Source of the DNA: Azolla caroliniana
Lineage: Eukaryota > Plantae > Polypodiophyta
Assembly: GCA_043228905.1 (NCBI GenBank)
Contig: JBHGNT010000018.1
Span: forward strand, 11,842,001-11,906,000
DNA: 64,000 bases
Direction of reading: 5' to 3'
Part shown: positions 1 to 12,000 of the stretch, piece by piece
Layout: each line of letters starts with the position of its first letter
Position numbering within the stretch: the stretch's first letter is position 1
Position numbers and translations under genes: made by a program
Notes under the pieces: model-generated
Told to the model about the DNA's origin: nothing
Seen by the model: only the letters and a program-made list of their open reading frames with translations
The model's database searches: none

Positions 1-1682
1 AGTAGTAAGCCACTGGGTGCATTAGGTTGGTGTCATCTGCCTCGGATAAGATGGCACCAATGGTGAAGTCAGAGGCATCGGTTTTGACTTGGAAGGGTTT
101 TGTGGGGTCGGCATGTAGCAGCACTGGGGTAGTGATGAAGGCGTGTTTGAGTGAGTCGAACGCATTTTGCGCCTGCAAGGTCCATAAATATGGAGTGCCT
201 TTACAGGTGAGAGCGATAAGAGGTTGTGCTAGGGTGGAAAACCCCTTGATGAAGCGACGGTAAAAATTCGCGAAGCCGAGGAAGGATTGCACATCTTTAA
301 GTCGCCTTGGAATCGCCCACGCTTGAATGACAGAGACCTTATTCATATCCATGGTGATGCCAGTGGGCGAGATGATGTAGCCCAGAAATTCGATCGAGGT
401 ACGGTCGAACTCGCATTTCTCGCCTTTGGCATAAAGGCCATGCTCGCGAAGTTTGGCAAGAACTAATCGGACTTGGCGAGTGTGCTCCTCCATGTTTGGC
501 GAGAAAATGAGAATATCATCGAGGTAAATGACAACAAAATGATCAAGATATTCCCGGAATATATCGTTCATCATATGTTGAAAAATTGTTGGAGCGTTAG
601 TAAGACCAAAAGGCATTACCTTGTATTCGAAATGCCCATACCGTTTTTGAAATGCGGTTCTCCATTCATCCCCCAGCTTGATGCGTACTAGATTGTACAC
701 TCCACGCAGATCAACTTTGGAGAAGACACGCGCAACTTGGAGCCGATCAAGGAGTTCAGGGATCAGAGGTAGCGGATAGCGGTTGTGCACAGTGAGTTTG
801 TTGAGACCTCAGTAGTCGACGCATAAGCATAGAGAGTTGTCCTTCTTCTTCACAAATAAAATGGGGGCCCCGGTTGGTGACTTAGAAGGTTGAATAAATC
901 CTTTCTCGAGGTTCTCATTGAGATACACACGAAGGGCCTTCAACTCTAGTGCAAACAACGCATATAGAGGACCAAAGGGTGGACACGCACGCACCTTCTT
1001 GAAGATCAATCAGATAGTCGTAGAGCAGGTGTTCAGGCAAACGATCAGCATTACATTTTTCAAATACGTCGGAGAAGTGTTGGTATTTGTCGGGAATAAC
1101 ATGGAGTGTGTTAGAAACGGCACCACAAACAAACCCATCCTGGATTGATGATGGGGTAGTCAAATCAGAATCGACCTTCTCCGAAGGATGGGAAACTGAA
1201 TTTACCTTCATACTTTTGCACGTGCATCTTGGCTTGCTAAATGTGATCGAGCGGTTGCACCAATCCACTATTGGATTGTGCGCCTCCAACCACGTTAGTC
1301 CTAAGACGATCGGATGTCAAGGAGATGCGATGAGGTAAAAGGCGAGCTCCTCCTGGTGTGAGCCCACACAAAGCCCTAATGGGATTGTAGCTTGAGTAAT
1401 TGCACCTGACAAGAGGACGCACCTGTCGATGGCTTCAATGGGAATGGCTTTTGAGAGGCCAACGATAGGTACGCCATGTGCTTGGGCAAATGCGATGTTG
1501 ATGAAGCAAGAAGATGCCCTAGAATCAAGTAAAGCAACAAACTGAATGGAACTAGAGTTAAATGAAAACCATACCTCCAATGTGAAATTGCCTGATGGTC
1601 CGGCAATGGAACCAAGAGAATGTGGGTGAGGGGAGATGTCCAGTTGTATGGCTCCTACTGCAACCAAACGATGTCGTTTTCC
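1..1682 (-). pseudogene. pol: pol (protease-RT-RNase H start) of the Tcn1-like element, disrupted
   Basis: ORF fragments 1317-1667, 915-1289, 809-1009; RT IYLDDIL motif near 510-530. Confidence 0.85.
1641..1682 (-). promoter_or_regulatory. Putative -1 programmed ribosomal frameshift signal (G GAA AAC plus pseudoknot)
   Basis: A -1 slip at 1676-1682 moves from the gag frame into the protease ORF 1317-1667; downstream stem TGGTT/AGCCA, with loop CAGT able to pair with ACTG. Confidence 0.65.
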
Positions 1683-2676
1683 GAATGGTGGGGTCCGTTA
1701 GCTCGATGGAATTGTGGGCGATTACTCCTAGGACAATGGCGAACGACATGACCAGAGGCGCCACAATACATGCACAAGCCATTAGCTCACAAAAATTGTC
1801 GTTCAGCATCAGTCAATGGCCGAAATTGGGCTTGATCAATTTCCATGGGGACAGGAGCATCTGCCAAAGTAGGGGAGTGTGACGCAGTCGGTGGGGGGTA
1901 TGGTTGGGGTTGTATGACCGAGGCGTGTCGTGGAAGTGAATGAGGTGGAACCCAAGTACAACGCTCTTCCTAACAAAATTCGAATAGACGATTGTCACAA
2001 TGGACTGCTTGTGAAATCACTTGGGATAACAAGGTGGGCTCCGGAAAGTTTAAGAGAAGATTCTTGAAATTGCTTCGAAGGTCATGCCGAAGCTAGATCA
2101 ACTAAAGCTTGATCATCCCAATTGACGTCGCATGCTAGTTCTCGAAATTCTGAAGCATAGACTGAAGCTGCATGCGAACCTTGTTCAAGTGCATAAATCT
2201 TGTTAAGAGTTGTACGTCGTCGGTCCGTCTCTCCAAATGTGGCCTCTAACTCGGCGAGGAAGGCGGGAAAGTCCTCCAATAGAGGTGAAGAGGTTTCTAC
2301 CAATGGTGCAAACCAAGCTTGGGCCGGACCGGAGAGAAGGGAGCCCACAAGGCCGACTTGTTGAAGACCATCTCCATAGCGTTGAGGTTGTAGCCGAATG
2401 ATAAGTTGAACTTGGTTGATGAACCCTCGGAAACGCGACCTCGTTCCATCAAATATTTCTAGGAGGCTCAAGAAAATGCGACGAAGCTAGGCTAGATGTT
2501 GGTAGAAGATCGGGCTCTAGGCTAGGTTGCTGTGGGAGACTAGGCTTCGGGGGTTGGGAGGATAGGGAGGCACTGACTTGAAGTTCTTGTAAAGAATTTT
2601 GAAGAGGTTCATTTTCAAGCTGGAGTTGTCATAAGGCTACCATTATTTGGCCTAACTCACTAGTTGAGTTGGACAT
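1655..2676 (-). pseudogene. gag: gag of the Tcn1-like element (stops and frameshifts)
   Basis: ORF 2082-2471 is capsid-like; CCHC knuckle near 1733-1775; ends SENDIVWLQ*. Confidence 0.8.
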
Positions 2677-2713
2677 AGCTATGGCTTATGAGAGGGAGAG
2701 CTATGAGGATGGG

Positions 2714-2724
2714 AAGGTGAACAA
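2714..2724 (-). promoter_or_regulatory. Self-priming primer binding site (TTGTTCACCTT)
   Basis: Starts 2 nt after the LTR, lacks the tRNA-type TGG, and is perfectly complementary to 11 nt (2815-2825) lying about 32 nt downstream of the LTR TATA box. Confidence 0.8.
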
Positions 2725-2726
2725 AC

Positions 2727-3076
2727 TGTCACGGATAGATCATAAGCTCAAGAGACAAGAAAGAAGATAGACAAATGGATGAGTAGTATTAATGGAAAGA
2801 CTCCATAACTGGTGTTGTTCACCTTGAATCCCTTCAAGGTGAACTCCTCTATTTATACTACATGGCATGCATACTTGTTGCACGCATGTGAATCTACAAT
2901 AGAGCATGTAGGTATGCATGCATGTGCCAAGTGTAAATACTACAAGGGAGCAACTATGCACATGATGCTAGCAAAACAATACGGACCAATTACATACATA
3001 ACTGTGTACTAGATATATTGGTTAACCCATGATACTATATTATAATATGGTCGTGTCAAGTGTTTGAATCTTGACA
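2727..3076 (-). repeat. 5' LTR (350 bp) of the Tcn1-like element
   Basis: TGTCA...TGACA termini; TATAAATA on the minus strand at 2850-2857; flanked on the right by an unrelated gypsy gag. Confidence 0.85.
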
Positions 3077-3289
3077 GCGTATCAACACCGGACGATGATA
3101 TGCCGTTCCAATATCCCAGATACCGGGATGATCCAGACGCGGAAGCCCATGTTCATGCATTTCAGCAGACCTGGGAGGCAAACCATGTGTCCCAACGCTT
3201 AAATGCGGCCAAAGAGGAACGCTCAAAAATGGCAGAGTTCGGCATGACCCTGGAGGGACTGGCCGCCAGATTGCACCAGACACAAGATT

Positions 3290-3675
3290 TGTAGAAAGTA
3301 GCGTGCGGAAGCAAGTATGAAGACAGAACAGAGGAAGGAAACTCAGGTTCAATGGAGAGCTTAGGCTTACACGGTATACGCTAGAGAGACAGAGAGAGAA
3401 ACACAAAAACTATATTCAACAATAATACTCAATCTCTGTACATAAGACGTGCTCAGTGAGCACTTTTATACAAGTCCTAGAAGGACTGACCAAAGTACTG
3501 ACAATACTTCAATGCTCATCAAGAGCCCCTACACTAACTCCCAAATATATTCCTCACGGAATATCTTTCCTAACGACCTCCCGGTTTATGTATTCGGCCT
3601 AACTGATCGGTCCCAACCGATCCGGTCCTCGGCTTCTTCAGCTGATCCGGCTGATGTTTAGCTTGTCTCTCAACA
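3290..3675 (-). repeat. Copia A 3' LTR
   Basis: TG...CA termini; direct repeat of 8661-9046. Confidence 0.95.
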
Positions 3676-6600
3676 CTCCCCCTCAAGCTCAACCTGAGGC
3701 TCTTCGGGATCTTCATAGCACCGGTTCCTCCTGGCTTGTCGCCTCGCTCGCGCTCCTCGACCTGTTCGACTCTGCGCGCTTCGACCCTTCCGGTCGGCTT
3801 GTCTGCTCATGTGGCCCTCATCAACTCTTCTGTTGCTGCGGTGTTGACGCATCGCATCTTCTGCTACCTTTTCTTCTGCTTGGGCCTCGGTTGATTCAGC
3901 ATGTCTGAATCATACATCCGAACCGACTCGGCTACCTCCGATCGGTTTTCGCTCTCGTCTGAGTTGGCTGTCTCCAACTCGTCATCGGTCTTCTCGCCCT
4001 CGATGGCGACATCTTCCCCATGCGTGGTTGGCTTTGGCTCTCTCCTTCGGTTGCTCCCCTTCTGTCCTCTTTCGAACTTTTCCGCGGGTCCGCCCTCAAC
4101 TTCTTCAGCCGATCCGAAGTCGCCCTCGGCTTCTTCAGCCGATCCGTCTTCAACCGAGTCAACAAACGAGTCAACCGACTCGGTGTCATGGTCACCGCTC
4201 CTTTCCTGCTGCCTTGCTTGGTCGTTCGGGACTGTTCTCCCCCTCAAGTTCGGCACATCGAGGTGACGCAACCCGAGCGCACCTGAGAATTGCCGCAACT
4301 TGTCCAGACCAAGAGGCTTTGTGAAGATGTCGGCAGTCTGCCGATCCGTCAGAACGTACTAAAGTTCGACTTCACCGGAAAGGACACACTCACGAACGAA
4401 ATGGTAATGCACCTCAATGTGCTTGGTCCATGTGTGAAAGATGGGGTTCTTCGCGAGTTGGATGCTACTGAGGTTGTCGCAGTAGATCTTCGTTGGATCG
4501 GACACCTCCTCTTGCAGGTCCTTAAGTAGCCGCTTCAACCATATGGCTTCGCATGTCGCTACAGCCGCTCCTCGGTACTCAGCTTTGGTGCTCGACAGTG
4601 CAACTGTCGGCTGCTTCTTACTGCTCCACACGATCGCGGCACTCCCGAGGGAGAACGCGTATCCAGATGTGGATCGGCGATCGGCGGCGTTGCCAGCCCA
4701 ATTAGCATCGGTGTAGCCGACTAACTGCGCGGCTGCACCGATCCGATATAGCAGTCCCCGGTCCTTAGTGCCGTTGACATACCGAAGTATGCGTTGCGCA
4801 CACTGAAGGTGCTTCTCGGTAGGTCGCGCCATGAACTGACTGATCACCCTGACCGGATAACTGAGGTCGGGTCGGGTGATGGTCAAGTATATGAGGCTTC
4901 CGACAATTTGTCGGAACCTCGTCGGGTCACATACCTTTCCCATATCGGGACGAAGCTTGACGGTTCTGTCCAGAGGAGTCGAGACGGACTTACAGTTGGC
5001 CATCCCGAATTTGAAGAGCATACTCAGCACGTAATGACGTTGGCTGATCAATATGCCTTCGGGGGTACGGATCACTTCGATCCCGAGGAAGTAACAAAGG
5101 TTTCCCAGATCCTTCATGTCGAACGATGCCGCAAGTTGGAGCTTCACGTTGTCGATTTCACCGAGGTCGGCACCGGTGATGACCAAGTCATCAACATACA
5201 GTAAAATACTAACCAGTCTGAGTCGACCTTTCCGGATAAACAGGGAATAGTCCGATTTTGACGTGACGAAGCCCATCCGATGCAGTTGTTGCGTGATCTT
5301 CGCGTTCTAGGCACGCGGGGCTTGCTTCAGTCCGTAAAGGGACTTCTTCAGTCCGTAAAGGGACTTCTTCAGTCGGCATACTACCGAGGAGTTCGTTCCG
5401 GAGTGAAATCCGGAGGGCTGTACCATGTACACCTGTTCCTCAAGGTCACCTTGTAGGAACGCATTCTTTACATCCATCTGATGTAAGTGCCACCCCTTGG
5501 CCGCGGCTACTGCGAGCAAAACACGAACGGTCGTCATTTTTGCGACCGGCGCAAACGTCTCATCGTAGTCGATGCCGTGTTTCTGCGCGTAGCCCTTTGC
5601 CACTAGCCGAGCCTTGTACCGGTTGACCGAGCCATCGGTGTTGTACTTGACTTTGTACACCCATCTACACCCGATCGGCTTCACATCCATCGGTGCGTCA
5701 ACCAGGTCCCAGGTCTCGTTCTCCGCCAATGCGTGCATCTCTTCCTCCATCGCAGCACGCCAATTCGCGTCCTTCACCGCTTCTGCGTAGCTTTCTGGCT
5801 CACGCACTTCCGCTACACGGGTCATGTACTCATAATGATGCGCCATGTACTCGTTGTATCCAAACCGCACAACTGGGTTCTTCTGGCGGGTAGATCGGTG
5901 TAATCTCACATTAGCCAATGTCGAGGCCTTCTCGGTCGACGCGGTCTTCATCTTTAAAGACCTGTCACCGGTTCCCTCGGAGTCGGACTCGCGTCGGTCT
6001 GACTCGTTCCTTTCCGTGCCGGAATCCGACACCTTCTTCTTCCCTTTCTCCTTGTGCGTAAGCCGTCTCCTCGGCTTCCTGCGCGGGGATTGCACGGCCG
6101 AGTCTCCACTACTCGCCGGCTCTTCATCGGACTGGTCGTACCGACTCAGTCGTCCAATTGGTCCACTTAACCGGAGTGAAATCGGACTCTCTTCGTGGGT
6201 CTCGATTTCTGGCTCATCCGGAGGCATCTCAGCCTCGCTGACCTCATCGTCAGAACTCGTATTGGAGTTGGGGTTCCGAGTCGAGGGCAGGTACCAGGAG
6301 GCAGACTCATCAAACACAACGTCGCGGCTGACATGCGCTTGTTTTGTGCGAGGGTTATAGCACTTATAACCCTTCTGCTCGTCCGAGTAACCGACCAAGA
6401 TGCACTTCTCGGCCTTTGCGTCCAGCTTCCTCCTTTTCTCCTTCGCTACATGCACATACGCAATGCTACCGAACACCCTCAAGTGTCGCAAGTTCGGCTT
6501 CGTTCCGAAATATAGCTCGTGCGCCGACACTTTGTCTCCAATCCGGTTTTGGATGTATACCGTGGTCCTTACCGCCTCGGCCATTTAGAACTTGGGCAAG

Positions 6601-8588
6601 CTCTTCTCCTCCAGCATTGCCCGTGCCGCTTCCACAACTGACCGATTCTTTCTCTCGGCCACGCCGTTCTGCTCTAGCGTGTATCTACAACTGAATTCGC
6701 GCCGAATTCCCATTTGTTGTAGGTAACCATTGAATTGACCGGAAAAGTACTCTTTCCCGTCATCCGACCGCAGACACTTGATCTTTCATCCCGTTTCGGC
6801 TTCCACGAACCCTTTGAGGTCCCGGAAACAGTCGAAGACTTCGCTCTTCCTCTCAATGAGGTAGATCCATGTGTGCCGCGTGTGGATCTTCCTCTCAATG
6901 AGGTAGATCCATGTGTGCCGCGTGAAGGAGACGAAATATCGGCTCCCGCCAAGACTAACGTTTTGTGCTGGCCCCCACACATCCGAGTGTATAAGGTCGA
7001 GCTTGTTCCGGTTCCGGTTTCGCTCGTTGGGGAAAGGAAGTCGGTGTTGCTTCCCAAGTTGGCAGGCTTCACAAATTTGTGCCTTTCGGCCACTAAACTT
7101 GGGCAATCTGAACACTACCTGTTTCGATTGCAGATCTTGAAGCCGCTGGTGGTTGACGTGGCCTATCCGCTTGTGCCACAAGTCGATGTCCGACTCGGTC
7201 TTTTGTCCCTTCGCGAACATTGCGGTGCCGCCGTCAGTGGAGTCGAGGATGAACATCCTCCCGTCTCTATGCCCTTGCGCAATCACATGGCCTTCTTCCT
7301 CAATGAAGCACCCGAGGTGTGTAAACCGAACCTCCATCCCTTGGTCGACGATCTGTCCGACCGAGACCAAGTTCTTCGTGATTGTCGGAACGTGCAACAC
7401 GTTCTTGAGTTTCCCTTTCTGCCCGACATGGCTAAGGGGAACTTCTCCGACATTCATGATCGGATGCAGAGTGTCGTCTCCTGTTGCGACTACTCCAGGT
7501 TGTATTGGTTTTTCAAGGTACGAGAACCACTCCTTATGGCTCGTCATGTTGTTTGACACGCCGGAGTCTACGTACCACACCTCGTCCGATCTTGGGGTGC
7601 TCTGTTTCATTGAGTTTGCTTCATGTCTCGTCACGAAGACAAACCCTTCTCCGGCTCTCCTGGAGTCTTCAGCGTAGTGCGATCGTTGCCGATTTCCCTT
7701 GTCGGTATGTCTGGAGCAGTTCCCGGAACCAGTTCTCTCCAAATCGGCGCGCTTCTTCCAGCACTCACTTTCCCTGTGGCTTTTCTTGCCACAGTACCGG
7801 CACTCCGCGATGGCCTTCCCTTGCCGGTTCTCATCGCTTCGACTCCCCCTGTTTCCGGAGGGTCCAGAGTTGTTGTCGGCATCACTTCGGTGCCTTCTTC
7901 CTTGATCACGTCGGCCGCCTCCATTGTGCGCCGACTCGCCTCGTCCGCCACGACCACGGGGCCTTTCTCCCTCCGTGTACAACATCTTGTTGTCGGTGTG
8001 CGTGCTCGTCGACGCACCCGCGTGGTTCTCCTCTACCAGGAGCATCGACTGTAAGTCGAAAAAGGACGGCGTATTCTCCCGGGTACACACAGCCGTTCGG
8101 AACGCTCCGAACTTCGACGCCAAACCTCCGAGACAGATCTGGACCATCTCGCTCTCCTCGATGTTCACCTCTATGGAGGCGAGGGAGTCGCAGATATCCT
8201 TGATCTTCGAGGTATAGTCCGCCACCGACAAGTCGCGTTGTCGTAGGTTGCTCAACTCCTGTCGGAGCTGAAGCTTCCTAGTTGTGGTGCTCGCGGCGAA
8301 AATCTTCTTCAAATTTTCCCACGCACCCTTCGGCGTCTTTGCATCCCGAACATAGCTCAATAGTTGTTCGCCCACACACGACGCGAAGTAGTATAGTACC
8401 CTGCTCGCCGATTGCTCCCACGACGGGAAGTCTCTGTGTGTCGATTCGGGTGCCGCGTCATTAGCTCGTTCGACATAACTCCAGTAGCCGTGCCCGAACA
8501 AGTATTGGTGCATCTTGTAGGACCAAGACGCGTAGTTGGTTCTGTCGAGCTTCTCTGTTGGAAGCGAGCTCGCCATGCCTCTATCCAT
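3670..8588 (-). pseudogene. pol: Copia A gag-pol (Gag, protease, integrase, RT, RNase H, C-terminal extension) with several premature stops
   Basis: ORFs 6786-8588, 5307-6584, 4359-5276, 3864-4298; motifs [37 protein letters not shown]. Confidence 0.95.
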
Positions 8589-8660
8589 CGTTCTTCTTGT
8601 TCTTCTTCGTCAAGCTATGTCGGTTGCAGAGAGGTTCTCAACCCTCGCGCTCTGATACCA

Positions 8661-9046
8661 TGTAGAAAGTAGTGTGCGGAAGCAAGTATGAAGACAAAAC
8701 AGAGGAAGGAAACTCAGGTTCAATGGAGAGCTTAGGCTTACACGGTATACGCCAGAGAGACAGAGAGAGAAACACAAAAACTATATTCAACAATAATACT
8801 CAATCTCTGTACATAAGACGTGCTCAGTGAGCACTTTTATACAAGTCCTGGAAGGATTGACCGAAGTACTGACAGTACTTCAATGCTCATCAAGAGCCCC
8901 TACACTAACTCCCAAATATATTCCTCACGGAATATCTTTCCTAACGACCTCCCGGTTTATGTACTCGGCCTAACCGATCGGTCCCAACCGATCCGGTCCT
9001 CGGCTTCTTCAGCCGATCCGGCCGATGTTGAGCTTGTCTCTCAACA
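8661..9046 (-). repeat. Copia A 5' LTR
   Basis: TG...CA termini; followed by the iMet PBS. Confidence 0.95.
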
Positions 9047-12000
9047 AGATCCCAGCACCATCCCCACGTTTGAAGCATTAAAGACCAAATTCTTGCATTT
9101 CTTTCACAAGGAGATAGACCAACGGGAAATGGTAGGCCTATTTTACATTATCCGGCAGGAACCAATGGAGAACGTTCAACAGTTTGTCATCCGGTTCCAG
9201 TGGATCCACAGTCAGCTCAGCTGGGCACCTCCCGAGGAAGAAACAAAGGCCATATTCTTAGCAGCACTCTGGGAACCCTTACGAATGGTGTGCACCGTCA
9301 TTGATTTCCGCACCAGCAGTATCGATCAAGTGATCGACGGAGTTTGGGAAACGGAAAAATCAAGCTCATGGCTAACCATGGGCGCACTTCAGCGTGCACT
9401 ACCGACAGACGTGGACCTCCGCTTCCGGCAAGCAATTCAATGTACAACATGCCTGAATGCCAAACATTTGGTGCTAGAATGCACCATGCGTTCCCAATGC
9501 TTGCTTTGCCACTCTAGAAGTCACACAATGGAACGGTGTGATTATAACTTGTTAAATCGGCAAGCACCATCGGTTTGGCAAATTGAACCACGAAGCAACC
9601 GGGAGGAAGAAGAAGAATGTTGGCGGCGAGAGGAGCACTACAGGCCGGCACAAGATGTCTGGTACAACGATTGAAGAGACACTTATGACCGGTATGACAG
9701 ACAGGATAGGTACCGGGACTATAATGGACGGTAGGAGAGATACAACTGGGATCACTCACCTGGTTATAACCAACGACGGGACGACTATGGCAAGTATGAC
9801 GACCAGCCTCATCAAGGTTACCGAAACAAAAAGAATTTCAACAAGAAAAGTCATTTCAACAAAAAAGGGGGTCATCCACGGGAACCGGAAAAGGGCGCTC
9901 CAAGTAGCCAACTGGACCAAAACCAAGCACTTACCAGAGGACCTCAACCGGGTGTGAGCACAAACACTGAATCCAGCAACACCCGGAAGGCGTACTGCTA
10001 ATATTGCCGGCAAGAAGCCCACTATAGTAACCAATGTCCGGCGAAGAGCTACGACAAGCGACCAACGGTGAACATGGTAGACGTGGAAGTCGCGAACTTA
10101 CAACAAGTCACTACAAGGTCAAAAGGCAAAGCCACAGAGTGGGAAACTCAAGACACCATCCGGAAGCAGGCAACCGAATGGGTGAAGAAGGAAAACGAGC
10201 GGAATGTGGCAGAGCTCGAACAACAAAAGGAGAATGCCAAAGAGGTCACCAGCATAGGGCAACCCGAAAACCCAACATGGTAGGCGTTACAAGAATGCCA
10301 AATAATGGTGCCATTAGGCCGGCTATTGCAACTGGTACCATGCTTCATAGAAGGATTGAAGACGGGAAGGACGGAAGTCGACACACCACCGGCTCCGACA
10401 TTCTTTTCAAATCCGGAGGAAGGACCGACGATAGTAGACACGAGTAGTCCGGCAATCAGAGCCATCGTGAAAGGAAAAGAGCTACCCGACCAGATTATCG
10501 ATGGAGGATCCGGTGTGAACGTGATCACCCTCCGAACGTGTAACACTCTAGGAATCCATGACTGGGAACCATGCCCGTTTTGGCTTCAGATGGTGGACAC
10601 AAGCTCAGTATGGCCGATTGGGTTAATACGTGATCTGGAAGTGACCATCAGGGGTCACACATTTCGCATTTCGGTATTATTTCTCTAGCTACAGGCTCAG
10701 GGAGCGTACCCACTATTGTTGGGATTCCCTTGGTTAAAAATAGCACACATCAAGCAAAACCGGATGAAGAATATAATTACGTTCCAGTGTGGAAAAGCGA
10801 AAATGCGAGTACCGACTCAACCACGGTCGGGTTCCGGCAAGGAATTGACGCCGCTATATGCGGAATGTGTCAACATGCTAGAAGGATTGGCGGACGAAGA
10901 GGTCGATCAATACTTACAGGAAAATCCGAAGATCGTACCGTTGTTCGAAATTGATGTAGCTGAAGCAGTATCACCGTACATACTACAACCGGACAGGACT
11001 GACGAGGAACTAGATAAAGAAGCGATTTGGGAATTACGGCAAGCACAGGAAGCACTAGAAAGAGAAATGGTAGTGTCGCAGCGCGTAAAAGCTTCCCAAC
11101 TAGAAGAGGTAAACCTAGGTACCACAGAGGACGCAAGACTGGTTCACATCGCCAAGGAAATGACCCCGGAGAACAAAACAACAATGATCACACTCCTAAA
11201 AGAATTTCGTGATGTGTTCGCCTGGTCCTATGAGGACATGTGGGGACTCGATCCTCAGTTGTGTCAACACCAGATACATCTGAGTAAAGACGCCAAACCG
11301 GTAGCGCAACGACGTTATCGGATGTACCCGAACTACGCATCAAAAGTCAAAGAAGAAATCGACAAGTTGCTAAGGGTTGGCTTCATCCAACCGGTAAAAA
11401 AAGCCACGTGGCTCAGTCCGATAGTCATAGTACCGAAAAAGAACGATAAGATAAGAGTTTGCGTCGACTACCGGAAATTGAATGTAGCTATGGTAACAAA
11501 CACCTTTCCACTTCCATTCACGGATGGAGTCCTGGATGCGGTCGTTGGTCATGAGGTGTACAGTTTTCTGGACGGTTTCAGCGGCTATAATTAGATCCGG
11601 ATGCACCCCGACGACCAGGAGAAAACTACTTTTGTCACCGAATGGGGAGTCTTTGTTGTCGTAGTTATGATGTTCAGACTGAAAACGGCACCGGCAACCT
11701 TCCAGCGGATGATCATGGAGATTTTCGGAGAATTCACTCCGGCATTCATGCAGGTGTTCTTGGACAACTTCACTGTTTATAGTCGGGAAGGGGATCACCT
11801 TCAGCACCTCCGACTATGCCCGGAGAAATGTAGGGTTTACCGGCTAAGCCCGAACTCGACAAAATGCGTGTTCAGAGTGTCCAATGGAGCATTACTTGGC
11901 CACATCATCAGCAAGGACGATATTGCAGTGGATCCGGACAAGGTCAAAGCTATTTTGGAGGCACCGACACCAACCACGGCAAAGGCATTAAGCTGGTTCT

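Larger units (their letters stand above)
1..3076 (-). mobile_element. Ty3/gypsy chromovirus, Tcn1/Tf1/sushi-like (5' part; continues left of the window), inserted in gag of gypsy A
   Basis: 5' LTR at 2727-3076; PEG10/RTL1-like Gag (FDGTRSRFRGFINQV...LLSGPAQAW); zinc knuckle CMYCGASGHVVRHC; protease ALLDSRAS; [28 protein letters not shown]; RNase H start at the window edge. Confidence 0.9.
3290..9046 (-). mobile_element. Copia A: full-length Ty1/copia element
   Basis: 386-bp LTRs at 3290-3675 and 8661-9046 (about 12 differences); TSD AGATT/AGATC; iMet PBS TGGTATCAGAGC at 8649-8660; PPT GAGCTTGAGGGGGAG at 3676-3690. Confidence 0.97.

Noticed and set aside
5845-8217. Long plus-strand ORFs overlapping copia A
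   Set aside because: Antisense shadows of a GC-rich pol frame with no domain motifs
8820-9674. 284-aa ORF as a novel gene
   Set aside because: Chance fusion of antisense copia LTR sequence with gypsy A gag across the insertion junction
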